From the NCBI GenBank assembly GCA_041736895.1, contig JBGSSS010000208.1, positions 12,496-76,495 of the forward strand: a DNA stretch of 64,000 nt, written 5' to 3'. Made by a program: the position numbers and the translations under genes. Each line of letters begins with the position of its first letter. Within the stretch, counting starts at the first letter, position 1. The notes under the pieces were generated by a model. That model was not told where the DNA came from. It did not search any database and saw only the letters and a program-made list of their open reading frames with translations. Source of the DNA: Pirellulales bacterium (GTDB lineage: Bacteria; Planctomycetota; Planctomycetia; Pirellulales; JALHPA01). Shown here in pieces: positions 18,602 through 27,897 of the stretch.

Positions 18602-19015
18602 TTACGGCCGTTCGGTGATGGCCGCTTGCAGGAGCCGGAACTGGCTGGTCATGATGGTCAGCGCCAGATTGTGTTGCATCTGGTTTTTGCTCAACGCGGC
18701 GATCTGGTGCTCCAGATTCACATCTCCTTCGTCATGCCGTACAAGATTGCCCCATTCCAAGCCATGCTGCCCTGGTTTGCGTAGTTCGGCAAACCCATTG
18801 GCCGATTCCGCAGCCGACGCACTCCCCATCTTTTGCGCTTCCCACATCGATCGCAATTGATCTTCGAATTGCGCCGTATCGAGGTCCGCCGCCTTGTAAC
18901 CCGGCGTATCAAGATTCGCGATGTTACCCGCCAGCAAGTTGTGGCGTGCTTGCGAGAAATTGACGACCTGCTCCAGCAACGGAACAGTGTTGGTTTGCAG
19001 CAAGCCATCGAGCAT
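18602..19015 (-). CDS. flgB: Flagellar basal-body rod protein FlgB
   Basis: Contains the rod N-terminal motif (...HNLLAGNIANLDTPGYK). I start it at ATG 19015, because the longer track ORF enters a repeat. Confidence 0.85.
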   Translation of the reverse strand: MLDGLLQTNTVPLLEQVVNFSQARHNLLAGNIANLDTPGYKAADLDTAQFEDQLRSMWEAQKMGSASAAESANGFAELRKPGQHGLEWGNLVRHDEGDVNLEHQIAALSKNQMQHNLALTIMTSQFRLLQAAITERP

Positions 19016-19041
19016 CGTGCGCTCTCCGCAAAAAAATCCCT

Positions 19042-19124
19042 TAGCCAAGGTCGTGAGACCTTGGAGGCACTGTGTGTAATCCAGACTTTCACGCGCACAT
19101 CCAAAGTCTCACGACTTTGGCTAC
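19042..19124. repeat. REPIN-like doublet, GTAGCCAAAG family, inside the flgB leader
   Basis: The arms are 19042-19066 and 19100-19124. Confidence 0.85.
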
Positions 19125-19178
19125 AAAAAATATCCGTGGCGAGTTGTCAAAGAGCGAGTGTTGTCGCTCTTCACTCAA

Positions 19179-19194
19179 TGCAAGCGGGGTGCCA
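19179..19194 (-). promoter_or_regulatory. Sigma-54 (RpoN) -24/-12 promoter for the flgB operon
   Basis: The minus strand reads TGGCAC-CCCGC-TTGCA, a perfect match to TGGCAC-N5-TTGCW. It lies about 165 nt upstream of the flgB ATG and directly downstream of a GAFTGA-containing activator gene. Confidence 0.75.
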
Positions 19195-19297
19195 ATCTTC
19201 GCAAAGCGCGTTATTCGCCCGGCTTGACTGGTCAAGGTTTTCGCTTGTTTTCTCGCCTGTTTCGCTAGTTTTCTGATTCGCAGTCAACGTTACCCAA

Positions 19298-19348
19298 CCG
19301 CTTGCGTCATTGCCGCAAGCGGCAATTATTGCCGATTGTCGTAGGCAA
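19298..19348. promoter_or_regulatory. Cluster of dyad symmetries; candidate enhancer (UAS) for the sigma-54 activator
   Basis: Three dyads are present: CCGCTTGC-N9-GCAAGCGG (19298-19322), GGCAAT-T-ATTGCC (19321-19333) and TTGCC-N10-GGCAA (19329-19348). They lie about 105-170 bp upstream of the -24 element. Confidence 0.4.
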
Positions 19349-19379
19349 AAAATGCGCTCTCTGATTATTCGCACGGAAA

Positions 19380-19404
19380 TCCCCCCGTCATTGACGGGGG
19401 GCTA
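19380..19404. repeat. Single unit of the CCCCCCGTCATTGACGGGGGG family
   Basis: It overlaps the last 5 codons and the TGA stop (19388-19390) of the response regulator gene. Confidence 0.85.
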
Positions 19405-20881
19405 ATGGCGACTTTGCCCGCGGGCTATAGCCGTACAACTTCAGCTTCCCTGACAATGTTCGCACACCAATGCCGAGAGCCGTAGCGGTTTTTGCGCGGT
19501 GGCCATTGAAGCGTTCGAGGGTTGCTTCGATCAACTGTCGTTCCATGTCCTGCATACTCACGTTCGCGGTTACTGATGGCGGTGTCACCGTCAACGTTCG
19601 TTCCAAATTCGCAACGCTTGTATTGCTTGGCGTTGAAACAGTCATCGGGATCGAGATACCGCCCTCGAACAAATCCGCCGGCAGCCAATCTTGGAGCAAT
19701 TCGGCCGTGATCGTCGATTCGAGACTCAAGACCGAAGCTCGCGTCATCAGATTTTCCAACTCGCGGACATTCCCAGGCCAGCGATAAGTTTGCAACAACG
19801 CCGTGGCATAGTCGTCGAGTACGCAAGTCTCTCGTTGCAGCCGTGCGGCGGCGCGTTCCAGAAAGAACCTCGCGAGTTCGGGAATATCGTCAGTTCGCTC
19901 ACGCAACGGAGGCAGCGTCAGCGGCACGACGTTCAAGCGAAAATAGAGATCTTCACGGAATCGGCCTTTGCTCGCTTCTTCGCGGAGCAACCGATTGCTC
20001 GTCGCCAGAACGCGCGTATCGACGTTGATCGTTTTGCTCGAGCCGACGCGTTCGAAGCTCCGTTCTTGCAGCACGCGCAGGAGTTTGGCTTGCAGCGATA
20101 ATTCGATTTCCGAAATTTCGTCGAGGAGAATCGTCCCTTTGTGGGCTAATTCAAAGCGGCCAGTGCGAGCTGAGTCCGCGCCGGTGAAGGCACCTTTTTC
20201 GTGGCCAAAGAGTTCGCTCTCCATCAACTGCGCCGACAAGACGGGGCAGTTCAAACTAACGAGCGGTGTGCCCGCGCGATCGCTGCAGGCATGAACCATC
20301 CGCGCGACCATTTCCTTGCCGGTGCCGCTTTCGCCGGTAATGAGCACGGTTTCGTTGGTGCGCGCAACTTGCTGGATGCGTTTGCGCAAGGCCTGCATCT
20401 TCTGGCTCGAGCCGATCAAGCTGGGGTTCGAGTCGAATGCGGACGGACCAGGGAGTTCGGCCTTGTCGAGCAGACGCCCGCGTTCGAGCGCCGCGCCGAC
20501 AACTCGTTCGAGTTGTTCGATATTGAATGGTTTTTCGAGGTAATCAAACGCTCCAAGCCGCATCGCTTCGACCGCTGTATGCACCGTGGCGTGCGCGGTG
20601 ATCATGATGATCTGCGCGCCGTGCGGACGCCGCGCGAGCCGGCGGATGAACTCGATGCCCGTCATACCAGGCATCTGCAAGTCGGTAATAATCAAGTCGT
20701 ACGAGACCGATTCCAACTGTTCGAGTGCAATAATTGCGCTGGGGTGGCCGCAGACATGATGGCCGAGCGCGCGGAGGACGTCGAGCAGCGATTCGCGCGC
20801 GGCGCTATTGTCGTCGACGACCATGATTCGGCCCGACAACATGGCGGCGGCATCGGCCGAGATGACTTGAGCGGAACTCAT
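19388..20881 (-). CDS. Sigma-54-dependent response regulator (REC, AAA+ and Fis-type HTH domains; FlrC/FleR/FlgR-like)
   Basis: The REC domain reads IMVVDDN...DLIITDLQMPGM. The AAA+ domain has Walker A GESGTGKE and the GAFTGA loop (EKGAFTGA). A C-terminal HTH is present. ATG 20881 overlaps the kinase stop (ATGA). Confidence 0.9.
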   Translation of the reverse strand: MSSAQVISADAAAMLSGRIMVVDDNSAARESLLDVLRALGHHVCGHPSAIIALEQLESVSYDLIITDLQMPGMTGIEFIRRLARRPHGAQIIMITAHATVHTAVEAMRLGAFDYLEKPFNIEQLERVVGAALERGRLLDKAELPGPSAFDSNPSLIGSSQKMQALRKRIQQVARTNETVLITGESGTGKEMVARMVHACSDRAGTPLVSLNCPVLSAQLMESELFGHEKGAFTGADSARTGRFELAHKGTILLDEISEIELSLQAKLLRVLQERSFERVGSSKTINVDTRVLATSNRLLREEASKGRFREDLYFRLNVVPLTLPPLRERTDDIPELARFFLERAAARLQRETCVLDDYATALLQTYRWPGNVRELENLMTRASVLSLESTITAELLQDWLPADLFEGGISIPMTVSTPSNTSVANLERTLTVTPPSVTANVSMQDMERQLIEATLERFNGHRAKTATALGIGVRTLSGKLKLYGYSPRAKSPLAPRQ

Positions 20882-21774
20882 GCAGCCTTCCTGATCGGAG
20901 TTGTTTGTGCTTGGTTGTGGTCTTTGGCCGTGGTGGGGAATTGCAGCGTCGTTGCGCCCGCGGCTTTGCGGGGAAAGCTGAGCGTGATTGCCGCGCCGCC
21001 TTCGGGGCAGTTTTGCAGCCAAAGTTCACCACTGTGCGATTCCATGATCCGCTCGACGATCGATAAACCAAGGCCCGTGCCGTTGTGTTTGGTCGTAAAG
21101 AACGGTTCTGCGGCGCGATGCAGGGCTTCGTCGCTCCAGCCAGGGCCGTTGTCGGCAATTTCGAGTTCCCAGCGATCGTGCGTCAGCACCGTCGTAACGT
21201 GTAATTCGCCACCGCTAGGAAGCACATCGAGTGCGTTGAGAACAATGTTGACCGTCGCGCGCCGAAGCATTTCGCTGTCAATCGGGAGCGGATCGCATTG
21301 GTGCAGATCCAAGCGCAGGGTCACACCTTGGGCGGTCAATTGTGGTTGCAGCGATTCAAGCGAGTGACGCACAACATCGCCAGCGGCGATCGGCTCGAGC
21401 TTCGCTTCGCGGTCCGCGGTGAAATGCAGCAAGTCGCTGACCGTGACTTCGAGCGCCGTAAAGCCGGTGCCGATCTTGTCGAGGATCTCGCGGCTCGAAG
21501 GATCGCCAGCGATCTTGCGACGCAACAGACTGAAGTACAACGACACCGGCACAAGGGTGTTGCGAACCTCGTGGGCGATGTGCGCGGCCATTTGGCCGAG
21601 GTCAGCCAGACGGTTCTTGCGCGCCAGTTCGCGGTTCTTTTGTTCCAACTCTTCGGTTAGCCGGCGCACTTCGCTGCGCAGCGATTCGTGGGTCTGTTCC
21701 AAACGGACCGTCGCCGCCTGCCAAGCATGCAGGATCCGCGAGAGATCGGGACTCGATGTACTTTGGTCGCTCAT
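20878..21774 (-). CDS. Soluble sensor histidine kinase (HisKA plus HATPase_c, no TM or sensor domain; FlrB/FleS/FlgS-like)
   Basis: The H-box reads MAAHIAHEVRNTL. The N, G1 and G2 boxes read NALDV...DNGPG...GTGLGLSIV. It is translationally coupled to the regulator. Confidence 0.85.
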   Translation of the reverse strand: MSDQSTSSPDLSRILHAWQAATVRLEQTHESLRSEVRRLTEELEQKNRELARKNRLADLGQMAAHIAHEVRNTLVPVSLYFSLLRRKIAGDPSSREILDKIGTGFTALEVTVSDLLHFTADREAKLEPIAAGDVVRHSLESLQPQLTAQGVTLRLDLHQCDPLPIDSEMLRRATVNIVLNALDVLPSGGELHVTTVLTHDRWELEIADNGPGWSDEALHRAAEPFFTTKHNGTGLGLSIVERIMESHSGELWLQNCPEGGAAITLSFPRKAAGATTLQFPTTAKDHNQAQTTPIRKAA

Positions 21775-21776
21775 CG

Positions 21777-22241
21777 TTAGCCCTCCGAGGCTAGGTCAAG
21801 TTGGGATAAAGAAACGGAACCTTGCCACGCTTCGTCGTGATACGCCGAGTTCGCGCGGGCGGTGAATTGCAAAGCTTCGATCTGCCGCGCGTTTTCATCG
21901 CGCTGCTGGATCATCTGTTGTTCGCTGGATTGCTCTTGCGCCAGAATCATCCGCAGCAACTCTTCGCAGCGGCGTAATTGTTCTTGGCAACGGAGCCGTT
22001 CGGCTGCAGATGGCCAAGGCCGAGATTCGGGGGCCTGGTCTTTGAAAGGGCAAAGTGCCGATTCGACATCGTTCAAGCCGCCGAGGACGCGTTGTTTGAC
22101 GCCGAGCAGTTTGAGCAACTGCATGTAGTCGCCGGCGTCGATGAATTCGACCTGGCTTTGGCCAAGTTCGACCAATCGTTCGAGCAGCGAGAGCTTAAGC
22201 TCGACGAGAGTCGCAAGTCGGGTTGTGTCACTGGTCTTCAT
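21777..22241 (-). CDS. FlgN-like helical protein (possible flagellar chaperone or regulator)
   Basis: About 154 aa, all-helical and Gln/Leu-rich. It resembles the FlgN family (..LVELKLSLLERLVELGQSQVEFIDAGDYMQLLKLL..) and abuts the kinase gene. I use ATG 22241. Confidence 0.4.
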   Translation of the reverse strand: MKTSDTTRLATLVELKLSLLERLVELGQSQVEFIDAGDYMQLLKLLGVKQRVLGGLNDVESALCPFKDQAPESRPWPSAAERLRCQEQLRRCEELLRMILAQEQSSEQQMIQQRDENARQIEALQFTARANSAYHDEAWQGSVSLSQLDLASEG

Positions 22242-22247
22242 GACGTT

Positions 22248-22335
22248 TGGTGCCACTGGCTCCGCCAGTGCTCTTTTGTCCTAAGAAATCAGCAAGACTT
22301 GCAGAAAAATTCCACTGGCAAAGCCAGTGGCACCC
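22248..22335. repeat. Pair of hairpins, family CCACTGGC-NNN-GCCAGTGG
   Basis: Reads GGTGCCACTGGCTCCGCCAGTGC (22248-22271) and CCACTGGCAAAGCCAGTGGCACC (22312-22334). A related unit is at 42464-42486. Confidence 0.8.
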
Positions 22336-22354
22336 TGCTGCTTGTGTTTCATAA

Positions 22355-24913
22355 CTACAACTTCCCCATCCAATCCAAAATTCTCTGCCATTCCGCCGCG
22401 TCGTGATTCGTCGTCGAGACAAAGTTTGACTGCTCGCGTTGCAGGCGTTCCAACGCCAGTTTTGCTTGGTCCAAGGTCGCTTGGGCTTCTTCCAGTTGAC
22501 CGACTTTGCGCTGACAAGTCGCGAGTTGGAAGTAGGCATCGAGCACTTGCGGCTCACTTTGATAGCGATTTATCATCGTTGTGTACACCCCGATTGCTTC
22601 TTGAAAGCGATCTAATTCATAAAGGGTGGCAGCCTGGGCAAAGTAACAATTTCGCAGCAACGAGTATTCCACCGTCGTCAAAGGCTGATCTTCGCGGCGA
22701 TTGGCAAGCGATTCCTGAACCAAGACATAGTCATTCATCGCCGCGGCAAGCAAGCCGCGTAGCTCCTTGGCGTATTCATCGCGGGCCGTTTGGATTGTGC
22801 TAGCGTTGAGTCGCTTCCGCGGATATGCCGCCAACGCGCGGTAAGCTTCTGCTACCAAATAGCGGCTCGGTACTGCTTGCTGGGCATTCGGGTAACGCTC
22901 GATGGCTTCTTCCAAACGGCGAATCGCTTCGTGGTACAGCTCCTGTGCCTGTTGTTCCTCGGGTGTGGTCACCGCTGAGTTGGTATTAGGCGGGTTTTGG
23001 CTTTCGACGAGCTGCGCATCTCCAAAGAGCAGTCGGCCCAGTCCAAAGAGCGCGTCACGCCATTCGGTGCTGGCCGGCGTAAGCTGGCCGCTTTCCAAAT
23101 TGAGCAGGTACAGCTCCTTGACCGCCGCACGATCTCCCTTGTCGAGTAAAGCCCGCGCCGCCAGAAGCCGCGCACGATAACACGAAGCATCGCGCGGATA
23201 ATCGGCAATGCATTCACGCAACGTCGTGAGCGCCTCTTGATAGCGGCCGAGTAGAACCTGGCATTCGCCGTAACGCAGCAACGCCAGCGGACGGCGGCTG
23301 CGCTGCTCGTAACGGAGATATTCACGCAATTGCCGCAGCGCCGCGGCGTAATCTTTGCCGAGGAAATAATACTCGGCGCTGCTCCAGACTTGATCCAGGT
23401 AATGCGCATCGGTGAAGTGCAGCTTGGCGAGTTCCTCGTAGTCGCGGCCCGCTGCGCGGTAGAGTTCAGCCGATTTTTTACGAGCCAATTCGCCGGCGGC
23501 TTGCGACTGGATCGCCTCATCGATCAAGAGTTCGTCTGCCCAAGCGATCCGGGCTTGAGCCAGAAGTTCATTCGCTGTTTCTGGGGTGAGCATCGCGCTG
23601 CTGGCCTGAGCCAGATCTACCGCGGCGGCGAAATTCTTTTTGTCAAATTCTTCGCGATAGGTTGCCATGATCTGTTCGCGCACCGCGGACCAAGGGAACA
23701 GCGGATTGTGATATTCATCAGCATGGCCGGCCGAGTTAATTCCCTCGATCAAAGTCGGAACGACGTCTTCGTGCAGGCCCAATTCGCGCGCCAGCGTCGC
23801 TTCGGCAAAGGCCGCGGTGATGCCCTCGGGACTCGTCGGATACGCGGTGCGCGTTCGTTGGAAGGTTTCCCAAGCTTGTTGCCGCTGGCCGAGTTCGCGC
23901 CGGCAAACTCCATTGAGATATAACGCTTGGCGTTGAATCTTTTCACGACCGTTGCCGCGGGCAAAAGCTTCGTTCAGGATACGAATTGCATCTTTGTAGA
24001 GACTTTTGGCCTTGTCGTTAAGTTCCGGCTCCGCCCGCGCGTTCGTGATCTGCAATTCAGCAGCGAGCAGAAGTCCTTCGAGGGCCGCGGTTGTGTCACT
24101 CCGCAATTTGCGCAAAATTTCGCGGCACTCTTCCCCCTGCCCCATGCGAAACAAAATGCGCGCCCGCATGAGCAGCCCCTCTTGACGCGGCGTGATCGCC
24201 AGATCGTCGTGCTCCAAGTAGCTGGTGTTGTAATCGAGAGCCTTTTTCAAGTCGGGTTCCGGTTCCGCCAGCCAAGCCAGCATCCCCAGGCGATGCAACT
24301 CCGAAGTGCGGCCGAGTTCTTTGTTCGTTTCGATCGCTTGCTCGAGTTCCGTCCGTGCCGCCGCGGCGTTGCCCCCTTGAACATAAGTGGCACAGAGCCA
24401 ATACAGAGCTGGGCCCTGATAGTCCCAAGGGATTCCTTTTTGCTTCGCCGCGATAAGATAGCGCGACGCCTGCCGCGCCATGCGAATCTGATCGCGATCC
24501 CACATGCGCTCCGCATCTTGCGCCAGCAAAATTCCGCGAATCAGGTCCGGCCCGCCAAAATCATCGTCGGTGAGCAGATCATGTGCTTCGAGTTCATCGA
24601 GCAAGCGCAGTGACTCGCGATAGGCCCCGCGATCGAGGGCCGCGAGCGCGTCGCGGAGTTTGATGTTCGGCTTCTCGGGTTCGGGAATCGGTTTGACGCG
24701 TTCTTGCGCGACAAACCACAGCATGGCCAAGAACGACAGAGTCCCCAAACTGACCAAGATGATCAGCAGCCGATGTTTGGGATTCGACCACGGCCCGGCA
24801 AAGATCGCTTTCGGCGCGGCCGCTAAAGGCTTAACGAACCGTGTTAGCTTGCGTCGTGCGCGCGGGGCGGCCGTGTTTTGTTCTGACGGCGGCGGAGCGA
24901 CGGCGGTAGACAT
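22355..24913 (-). CDS. Large membrane-anchored tetratricopeptide-repeat (TPR) protein
   Basis: About 850 aa with one N-terminal TM (LLIILVSLGTLSFLAMLWFV) and many TPR-like A/Y/L-periodic helices. ATG 24913 is preferred over the TTG at 25003. Confidence 0.7.
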   Translation of the reverse strand: MSTAVAPPPSEQNTAAPRARRKLTRFVKPLAAAPKAIFAGPWSNPKHRLLIILVSLGTLSFLAMLWFVAQERVKPIPEPEKPNIKLRDALAALDRGAYRESLRLLDELEAHDLLTDDDFGGPDLIRGILLAQDAERMWDRDQIRMARQASRYLIAAKQKGIPWDYQGPALYWLCATYVQGGNAAAARTELEQAIETNKELGRTSELHRLGMLAWLAEPEPDLKKALDYNTSYLEHDDLAITPRQEGLLMRARILFRMGQGEECREILRKLRSDTTAALEGLLLAAELQITNARAEPELNDKAKSLYKDAIRILNEAFARGNGREKIQRQALYLNGVCRRELGQRQQAWETFQRTRTAYPTSPEGITAAFAEATLARELGLHEDVVPTLIEGINSAGHADEYHNPLFPWSAVREQIMATYREEFDKKNFAAAVDLAQASSAMLTPETANELLAQARIAWADELLIDEAIQSQAAGELARKKSAELYRAAGRDYEELAKLHFTDAHYLDQVWSSAEYYFLGKDYAAALRQLREYLRYEQRSRRPLALLRYGECQVLLGRYQEALTTLRECIADYPRDASCYRARLLAARALLDKGDRAAVKELYLLNLESGQLTPASTEWRDALFGLGRLLFGDAQLVESQNPPNTNSAVTTPEEQQAQELYHEAIRRLEEAIERYPNAQQAVPSRYLVAEAYRALAAYPRKRLNASTIQTARDEYAKELRGLLAAAMNDYVLVQESLANRREDQPLTTVEYSLLRNCYFAQAATLYELDRFQEAIGVYTTMINRYQSEPQVLDAYFQLATCQRKVGQLEEAQATLDQAKLALERLQREQSNFVSTTNHDAAEWQRILDWMGKL

Positions 24914-25074
24914 CAATGCAGCCTGAGCGCAAATCCATGCGCGATGCTGCAAGAGCGCAGCACGGCGGGCTAAGTAGATACCGATCCGTAGCGTTACGGT
25001 CAAGAGAAGCGTGCTTAGCCCGAGCCTCTACGCTCGACAGTTAGCCGGCCGCGGACGGCACGGCGAAGCGAAGC

Positions 25075-25893
25075 TTACAGCACTTCCTGCGATTCGACCG
25101 ACTCAAAGGCCGTCTCGTCAGGCTGCGTGACTTGCTCCATGATCCAGCGGTCAAGATCCGCTAGCACGAGTTTGCAAAGGCCATCCTTGCCCGGATACTG
25201 CCGCAACATCACCCGCAGCCCCGCAGCATGAAACAGCCGTAGGTCATTGCAAGCACGTTCGACGGGGTAGAACGTGCTTTGTTGATAGCTAGTCAGGAAG
25301 AGCGGAACTTCGCGGGCGACTTCGAGGTTGGCGAGCGGCGACCCGCCGGCAGGAAACCCGCCGCCGAGTGAAATGGCACCGGCAAAAAGTTCGGGATGAC
25401 GCAGGGCGATTTCAATCGCCATTGCCCCGCCATTTTCCATGCCGGCCAAGTAAATGCGGCGCGGCGAGACGTTGTATTTTGTTTGAGCTGCTTCCAAACA
25501 ACGCAAAGCTCGCTGTTCGGCCAGACGGCAGTTGACTCGCGACCAATCATAGAACCGGCCTGCTTGTTCTGTGCCGCGCGGAGCGACGGCGACATAATTT
25601 CGTAAGCTCAGGTGCGGCATGACCCGCAGCAGATCGTGCTCGTTGCCTTGGCGGCCATGCAGCCAAATCACGAGAGGGTAGGCGTAATTGGGTTCGTAAT
25701 GGAGCGGAGCGAAGAGTGCCAGATGCAGAGGATCCGACGCGCTGGACGGCAGAAGAGTGTTGGCGGGAAGTGCAAAATGTTTGGCGACGGCGCGTCGGTT
25801 CATAGCTCGTGGGGGAGAGAAGTTTTCCAAAGCTGAGAGAGGAGATTCGTGCCGGCGCGTGATTCGACTTGTTGCTCGAGCTGTGCTGCTCAA
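25075..25893 (-). CDS. Alpha/beta-hydrolase (phospholipase/carboxylesterase family) homologue lacking the nucleophile serine
   Basis: The fold motifs read LVIWLHGRQGN...RIYLAGMENGGAMAIEIAL. The canonical G-F-S-Q-G-G elbow reads G-M-E-N-G-G, with Glu encoded at 25435-25437. Confidence 0.6.
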   Translation of the reverse strand: MSSTARATSRITRRHESPLSALENFSPPRAMNRRAVAKHFALPANTLLPSSASDPLHLALFAPLHYEPNYAYPLVIWLHGRQGNEHDLLRVMPHLSLRNYVAVAPRGTEQAGRFYDWSRVNCRLAEQRALRCLEAAQTKYNVSPRRIYLAGMENGGAMAIEIALRHPELFAGAISLGGGFPAGGSPLANLEVAREVPLFLTSYQQSTFYPVERACNDLRLFHAAGLRVMLRQYPGKDGLCKLVLADLDRWIMEQVTQPDETAFESVESQEVL

Positions 25894-26106
25894 GATTTGC
25901 TATTCAAGTTGAATCACAGCCATCCGCGCTCCGACGATGTTTGGACTGTACTGAAATCACCGAAAAAATGTCAATCGCGAAACCCGCTAGCAAAGCACAA
26001 TTGGCGCTTGCGGCGCTGCTGAAAATTTATCCGCTTCTGAATTCACGAGCCGCGCGGCGGCTGGCGCGAGATTTGATGCTAGCTCCGCGCGAGCCTTGCC
26101 AGCATC

Positions 26107-27060
<954 letters not shown>

Positions 27061-27314
27061 CTAGCTTGATCAGTGATCGAATTGATTTTCCTACGCAACG
27101 ATCGCGCGGCCAATAGAAAGATGCCAGTACGCGACTGTCAGCCGATGAAAGATTTCCTCTTCAATTAGCCAACATCTTGTGATCACCACAAGTTCGTATG
27201 ATGGCAACCTACCCGAGCTTTTTAGATTTGAACAGGGGGGAATTGGGGAAAAGATTTTCTGGAAAAAACTTCAGCTTGACAAACGCCGGAGCAAGCATTT
27301 TATTTTGCGACAAC

Positions 27315-27812
27315 TCAAGTTATCCCGTGCGCCGTTTTGAATAAATTCAGTGTCAAATGCGCTTGACCGTGATGGTGGCCTTCGTGCCAGGAAATCAGCT
27401 CGAGCGCTTGCTGCAACGTAAGCCCGCGCTGCGATAGACCCGCGGGAATTTTATCGAGATCGGCGTCGTTGAATCGATGCAGCGTGTCGAGCAGATGCAG
27501 CCGCGTCGTTTCGAGAGTCATGCGAATCGCGGGCAATTCGGGAATCTGATCGTCGGGCACACTGCCGCCGCGAAAGCGCGGCCAGATGTCTTCGTACGAC
27601 CGTTCCTTTTCCGGCAAGAAACGCTCGGTGGCGAAGATTTCTTCGGTGATCGCGATGTGCATCAACTGCCAGCCGATGTGCGCGCGGCCTGGTCCCGGCC
27701 GCCAAGCAAGTGCTGCCGCGGGGTCGGGCAACTTTTCGATCCGGCCAATCAGATCGAACGTTTTGGAGCGAACGAATGGGAGTTGGCCGATGAGTGTGGC
27801 AATGGTGGACAT
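27315..27812 (-). CDS. DinB-family (DinB_2) metal-binding four-helix-bundle protein
   Basis: 165 aa with His motifs (HIGWQLMHIA...SWHEGHHHGQ). Confidence 0.7.
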   Translation of the reverse strand: MSTIATLIGQLPFVRSKTFDLIGRIEKLPDPAAALAWRPGPGRAHIGWQLMHIAITEEIFATERFLPEKERSYEDIWPRFRGGSVPDDQIPELPAIRMTLETTRLHLLDTLHRFNDADLDKIPAGLSQRGLTLQQALELISWHEGHHHGQAHLTLNLFKTAHGIT

Positions 27813-27897
27813 GATAGAAAAGCAGAATAGTAAAGTGAACGTTTGATTTTCAATCCACCATGATTATACCGTTTAGCGGCGAGCCGGAGGCGAGTGT

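Noticed and set aside
20201-21367. Long plus-strand ORFs antisense to confidently assigned genes. Examples: 20201-21367 (388 aa), 12333-13226, 14900-15808, 38619-39590, 59790-60698, 46928-47503 and the 5' part of 53631-55940.
   Set aside because: They are Arg/Ala/Gly/His-rich with no recognisable motifs, which is typical of shadow ORFs on the antisense strand of GC-rich genes. The opposite strand carries clear family signatures in every case.
22325-22342. Sigma-54-like sequence TGGCAC-CCTGC-TGCTT on the plus strand.
   Set aside because: The -12 GC is mis-spaced by 1 nt. The sequence is part of the CCACTGGC hairpin repeat and points into the antisense strand of the TPR gene.
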